Origin: Eledone cirrhosa
Taxonomy: Eukaryota
Direction of reading: 5' to 3'
DNA: 64,000 bases
Assembly (NCBI GenBank): GCA_964016885.1
Contig: OZ024747.1
Span: 32,674,001-32,738,000, forward strand
The translations under genes were made by a program, and so were the position numbers. The stretch's first letter is position 1. The number at the start of each line of letters is the position of its first letter. The notes under the pieces were generated by a model. That model worked only from the letters and a program-made list of their open reading frames with translations. It was not told the DNA's origin and made no database searches. Positions 59,434 to 64,000 of this stretch are shown here, in pieces.

Positions 59434-61575
59434 CTATCCGTTAGGGTATAACGTGGGGCTGTAATACAGGAAAGTTTTGTGCAATTTATGTTTACAAGCC
59501 GAAATTGCCTCCGATTTTTTGTTTAAGATGTGGTCTGTGGCATAGAGTATTTCCAGGGCCTCAGCGGCGCAGAGGTCACATGGTCTTTTATTTCCGTTAT
59601 ACGATCTAGCCCTAGCTAGGATCTCCCAGTTTAAATTATATTGGGTGTGGTTGTCTTTTAGACTCCAGATATAAGCTGAAAGTGACGTCATATTCCTTCT
59701 TAGAGGGTAACGAAAAGAATGGGTATGCAAGTAAAGACGCTGCTTGAATCTATTGGCGGTTAACCCTATGTAGGCCCTAAGGGACGTGGGTGTTACAACC
59801 TTACATTTATAGACAATGTTACTAGAGAGGCATTTCCCGGATAGGGGGCAATCGACCCGATTCCTACAATTACAGTTAGTACTAACTACAGGGTTGCACG
59901 TGTTCCTACGGCTAGGTAGTTTAGCTAAATTTGAAGCTGTGATGTTATGTGCAAGGTTAGGAGTCGTAGAGTAAGAAATTTTAATAGTATTTCTATTAAA
60001 AATTTTACTATATTTATGTGTAGGGGGAAAAATGCTTCGTAATAAGGGAAAGAAAGATCTTAGCTAATGGTGTGTCCACCTCCATATTATATGGTGGGTT
60101 ATACCAACAAATACCACGGGTTCTATTTCTTCTAGGTCTATTTTCGTACTCTGTATATGCTACCTTATCGACAACTCCACTTCGAGCAAGAGCTTCATTG
60201 TAATAAGTGGAATGGTCGTTGAAAATACGCTCGTTAGTGGAAAGACGGGAAAGCCTCAACGAAACGTTTCTTACCAGGTTCTTGGTTATGCTGGCAGGAT
60301 GGTTGGAATGCTTACTTATGTAATTAAGCGTATCATTCGGCTTTCTATACGGGTAATACAACCCATTCAATAAATTGAGGGTAACGTCGAGGTAATTAAC
60401 GACCGAGAGATTGGCCTCAACCTGTATAGAGAGGTTGAAGCCTTTAAAGAAGGCTGTGAGTTCTTTTCTGAACCTGTCGCAAGCACGAGGTCCGCACTTA
60501 GTCATGGTCAAAAGACCATCGTCACGGTACAAACCACCGCCCGCGTTGGGGAATTCGTCCTTGATAGAGAAAAGAAGGAAAAGGCCGATAAGATCAGTAA
60601 CCTCCGCAGAATCACTGGCGCCCATACTCACGTCGAATGGGGTACATTTGGATTTTTTAATCCAAATAGAGTCGTCGAAATTAATCACCGACTTTCGGGC
60701 ATTGAGGATGACATCAACTTCGAAATCCTTAACCACTGTGAGTGTTTTAGCGAAATTGATAGCTCTAAGGAGAAGTGGTAAAGTGATGGAGGAGTAGTAA
60801 TTGTTGATGTCGAATTGGATAAAACGGCAATGTTCTTTGTTACATATGCCGTTCAACCAATCAATCACCGCGAAAGAATTGTTCCACAGTGCAAGAGGGG
60901 CCAAACTTCTAATTTCAGGTATAATTCTATCAAGAATCGTTTTACTAAGTCTACCTAAATCGGACTTCGTAGGGTTAATAAGCCGAATAGAGGGGTTGTT
61001 CGGAAAATTGGATTTGTGATCCTTCAGGGTAAAGTGAGGAGAAATAGGGTCCAGAGGTTCGGTCCGGTCCAGGATTTTGAGATCAGATGTGATTTTAAAC
61101 CCAGCATCGTTGATTTCATTGATGACGCACCGATTAGTTTTACGGTAATCCTTAGTTACAGCATTATGTAGTAGTTGATGGTAAGTACTGCGCTCCACTT
61201 GATATCGGTTGCCAGTTTTGTCGGAATGGACATGCACGGCATTAGAATCCTTAATAGAACGAATTCTATTCTTCAGGTCTTGCTGGAAGGAACTTCTTCT
61301 ATTCCGAAATTTGATACTCCGAATGAGTTCCAAGACATCATTTTCGAAGGGTAGCAATGCTGGGTTACACGGGGGGGGGGGGGGGGGTTATTATAGGTTT
61401 TAAATCCAAATTTATCCTGTTTGTTGTCTGCTTTTCGCGGATTATCGAAATAAAAGGCACGCCAACGCAACCTTTTAATGAACGCGTCTGTTTTCTGTAT
61501 CAGGAGTTTTAGGTATGTTTTCCTGATTGGTACGGGTATGTTCTTTGTAGAAATATTCAGATGTTGTTTCTGCAT
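59434..61575 (-). CDS. PLE RT + GIY-YIG endonuclease (~710 aa reconstructed; two homopolymer frameshifts)
   Basis: N-terminus STKNIPVP...FIKRLRWRAF. RT HSDKTGN, LKDHK...IRLINPTKSDLG, FIQFDINNYYSSI, DVSMGASDSAEVTDLIG, GLYRDDG, VNYLDV. Linker CNCRNRVDCPLSGKC (CxCx5C). Endonuclease NIVY...YIGLT..RFKQR; CDLC...E...LN...CKH. Breaks only at the G17 run (61371-61387) and the A5 run near 60028-60032; I found no other in-frame stop. Confidence 0.88.
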
Positions 61576-61722
61576 GATGAATATAAGTCAGTAGAGTGCT
61601 CAACCGAGGGAGCCAAATAGTAATAATAATAAATTTGAAGACTAAAATCCAAAGAGGGCTCGATAAGGATAAATATATATCAAATATATAAGAACCGTAG
61701 AGCAAATATTTATTAAAATAAC

Positions 61723-61794
61723 AGATTAAAGTTTAAGCAAAGAATCGCTGCTTTCACCCTTAACGTGATCTTCTGAAACTAACAAAGTCAATCT
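61723..61794 (-). ncRNA. Variant hammerhead (CAGAAGA core), 5' pLTR copy
   Basis: Same fold; stem II reads CAC/GGG. Confidence 0.6.
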
Positions 61795-62473
61795 GTAAAC
61801 GCAGAAGTGGATATTTCAAAAAACATTACAACCGGAGGAAGACAGGAAGACGATACTTTGGTTCGTGGAAACGTTCGCTGGCAAAGAACGGGAAAAAACG
61901 AATATAATACGTCATTAATAGGAGCGGTGAAAACAATTACGCGCAAAGACAGAACCACGTTTATGGTATAAAAGAGGTCGTAGACTAATGTTCTCTTAGG
62001 TGGTTCATAGAGACGTTCTCTGGCAATGAACGAAAAAAACGAAGATAATACGTCATATGTGGAGCATTGAGAACAATAGCACGCAAAGACAAAACCACGT
62101 AAATGGTATACCAGAAGTTGTAGACTAAAATTCTAACTTGGAGACCGAATGAATCTCCGCTTCAGAGTTAAGAACAAAGTAGCAATAGAAATAAATACAC
62201 GCTCCACATATGATGTATTATCTTCGTTTTTTTCGTTCATTGCCAGAGAACGTCTCTATGAACCACCTAAGAGAACATTAGTCTACGACCTCTTTTATAC
62301 CATAAACGTTGTTCTGTCTTTGCGCGTAATTGTTTTTCACCGCTCCTATTAATGACGTATTATATTCGTTTTTTCCCGTTCTTTGCCAGCGAACGTTTCG
62401 ACGAACCAAAGTATCGTCTTCCTGTCTTCCTCCGGTTGTAACGTTTTTTTGAAATATCCACTTCTGCGTTTAC

Positions 62474-62545
62474 AGATTGACTTTGTTAGTTTCAGAAGAT
62501 CCCGTTAAGAGTGAAAGCAGCGATTCTTTGCTTAAACTTTAATCT
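62474..62545 (+). ncRNA. Variant hammerhead (CAGAAGA core), inverted pLTR copy
   Basis: CAGAAGA at 62493-62499, GAAA at 62513-62516, stem III GCA/TGC, CUU triplet, stem I GTTT/AAAC. Confidence 0.6.
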
Positions 62546-62645
62546 GTTATTTTAATAAATATTTGCTCTACGGTTCTTATATATTTGATATATATTTATC
62601 CTTATCGAGCCCTCTTTGGATTTTAGTCTTCAAATGTATTATTAT

Positions 62646-62727
<82 letters not shown>

Positions 62728-62780
62728 TTTATCTATTGCAAGCAGGGATAAGCGGACGTAAAATGATGATGATGATGATG

Positions 62781-62835
<55 letters not shown>

Positions 62836-62837
<2 letters not shown>

Positions 62838-63804
62838 CAGACGTAAAATAAGAAAATTATAAAATTAACTTACTTACTAAAAAATCACTTCCAACTAATT
62901 AGTTTCTCGAATGGAGTAAATATATTTTCCGAAGAAACACATAGAAAATCATTCCGTCATCAGGAAAGTCTTTTTCCGTATAGGTTTCCAGGCATAGCGA
63001 GGACACTGCCTGGAGACCTATACGGAAAAAGACTTTCCTGATGACGGAATGATTTTCTATGTGTTTCTTCGGAAAATATATTTACTCCATTCGAGAAACT
63101 AATTAGTTGGAAGTGATTTTTTAGTAAGTAAGTTAATTTTATAATTTTCTTATTTTACGTCTCTCATATTATTGTTCTGCAACCCCATGCATTGAACCAC
63201 ATTGTTAATAAGACAAAACCTATATATTTGCTAGCATTGATGTGCATCTGTGTGTATATAAATGTTACTAGATATAAATTCCTTATAATTATCTCCAATT
63301 CATTTGTCGAGCAATATTTGGCCATGACTGCTACTATGGTAGTAAGCTGGCCGCTGTCTTAATAACCACTCGCTTTCCACTGATTGACCTCGATGTCACG
63401 TGATTGATTCTTTTTGAATTTGCCACAGACGAGGAGGCAGTGATTTTCTCAATGGCTTGGAATCCAGTCCACGCTTTGCTATTTCCATTCCACTGAATTA
63501 TTTTTTTAATAAGTTTCCAGTGTCCTCGCTATGCCTGGAGACCTATACGGAAAAAGACTTTCCTGATGACGGAATGATTTCCATGTTTTTCTTCGGAAAA
63601 TATATTTACTCCATTCCAGAAACTAATTAGTTGGAAGTGATTTTTTAGTAAGTAAGTTAATTTTATGATTTTCTTATTTTACGTCTCTCATATTATTGTT
63701 CTGCAACCCCATGCATTGAACCACATTGTTAATAAGACAAAACCTATATATTTGCTAGCATTGATGTGCATCTGTGTGTATATAAATGTTACTAGATATA
63801 AATT

Positions 63805-63810
<6 letters not shown>
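62836..63810 (+). mobile_element. Non-autonomous HHR-core element, family B, copy 2: inverted arm (62836-63006) + ~1.5 tandem 525-bp monomers
   Basis: tgcctggagacctatacgg at 63007 and 63532 gives a 525-bp period. 62840-62994 is the reverse complement of 63007-63161. CTGATGA-CGGA...TTCG-GAAA-ATATAT-TT occurs three times. (TA)n on both sides. Confidence 0.88.
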
Positions 63811-63842
<32 letters not shown>

Positions 63843-64000
63843 GAAGTATTTCCGTCGGAAAGGTACAGGAAAAAAGAGTGATCTATGTAGGCTACAGAGC
63901 TTATTAGTTATCCGTCAGTTCTCCCCCTTGCTTCTGCTGGACACCACCAGAGGGCGTTAGCCCCGGTGTTTGCATAACTACGGCTTCCTAAACCCGTATC

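Larger units (their letters stand above)
58423..62650 (-). mobile_element. Near full-length Naiad-like Penelope element: pLTR-ORF-pLTR plus inverted pLTR
   Basis: Direct repeats 58423-58897 and 61706-62181. Inverted copy 62201-62650 of 61618-62065. (TA)n at both outer ends. Confidence 0.93.

Noticed and set aside
59434-60016. Selenoprotein-type Naiad (in-frame UGA at Cys positions)
   Set aside because: Hand translation shows TGT/TGC at the Cys positions checked and no in-frame TGA.
48376-61575. Prokaryotic retron, group II intron or DGR reverse transcriptases
   Set aside because: Motifs and C-terminal GIY-YIG fit eukaryotic PLEs; no prokaryotic gene context.
63839-64000. GC-richer segment after the last (TA)n, possibly the start of another element
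   Set aside because: Truncated by the window edge; no ORF, repeat partner or ribozyme core recognisable.

Overview
Eukaryotic, AT-rich, repeat-only window with no recognisable host gene. The SINE/RTE/microsatellite content resembles a mollusc, probably a cephalopod (from memory, not checked). (1) 1-43.8 kb is one continuous, nearly G-free satellite of 9-bp monomers (CATTAYCAW), organised into kb-scale higher-order duplications (about 5.83, 5.90, 2.45 and 1.2 kb). It explains essentially all ORFs in that region, which look non-coding. (2) 44-64 kb is a dense nest of retroelements: SINEs, two RTE-type LINE remnants, and three Penelope-like elements (PLEs). One PLE is Neptune-like and 5'-truncated, one is Naiad-like and degenerate, and one is Naiad-like and near intact. 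Their pseudo-LTRs carry hammerhead-ribozyme (HHR) motifs. Most notable are two distinct ORF-less families whose pieces close into circularly permuted ~525-nt and ~538-nt monomers, each carrying an HHR core. They are inserted at (TA)n with the same inverted-arm architecture as the PLEs. They are candidate retrozyme/circRNA parasites of the neighbouring PLEs. All folds were traced by hand; no folding software or database search was run.
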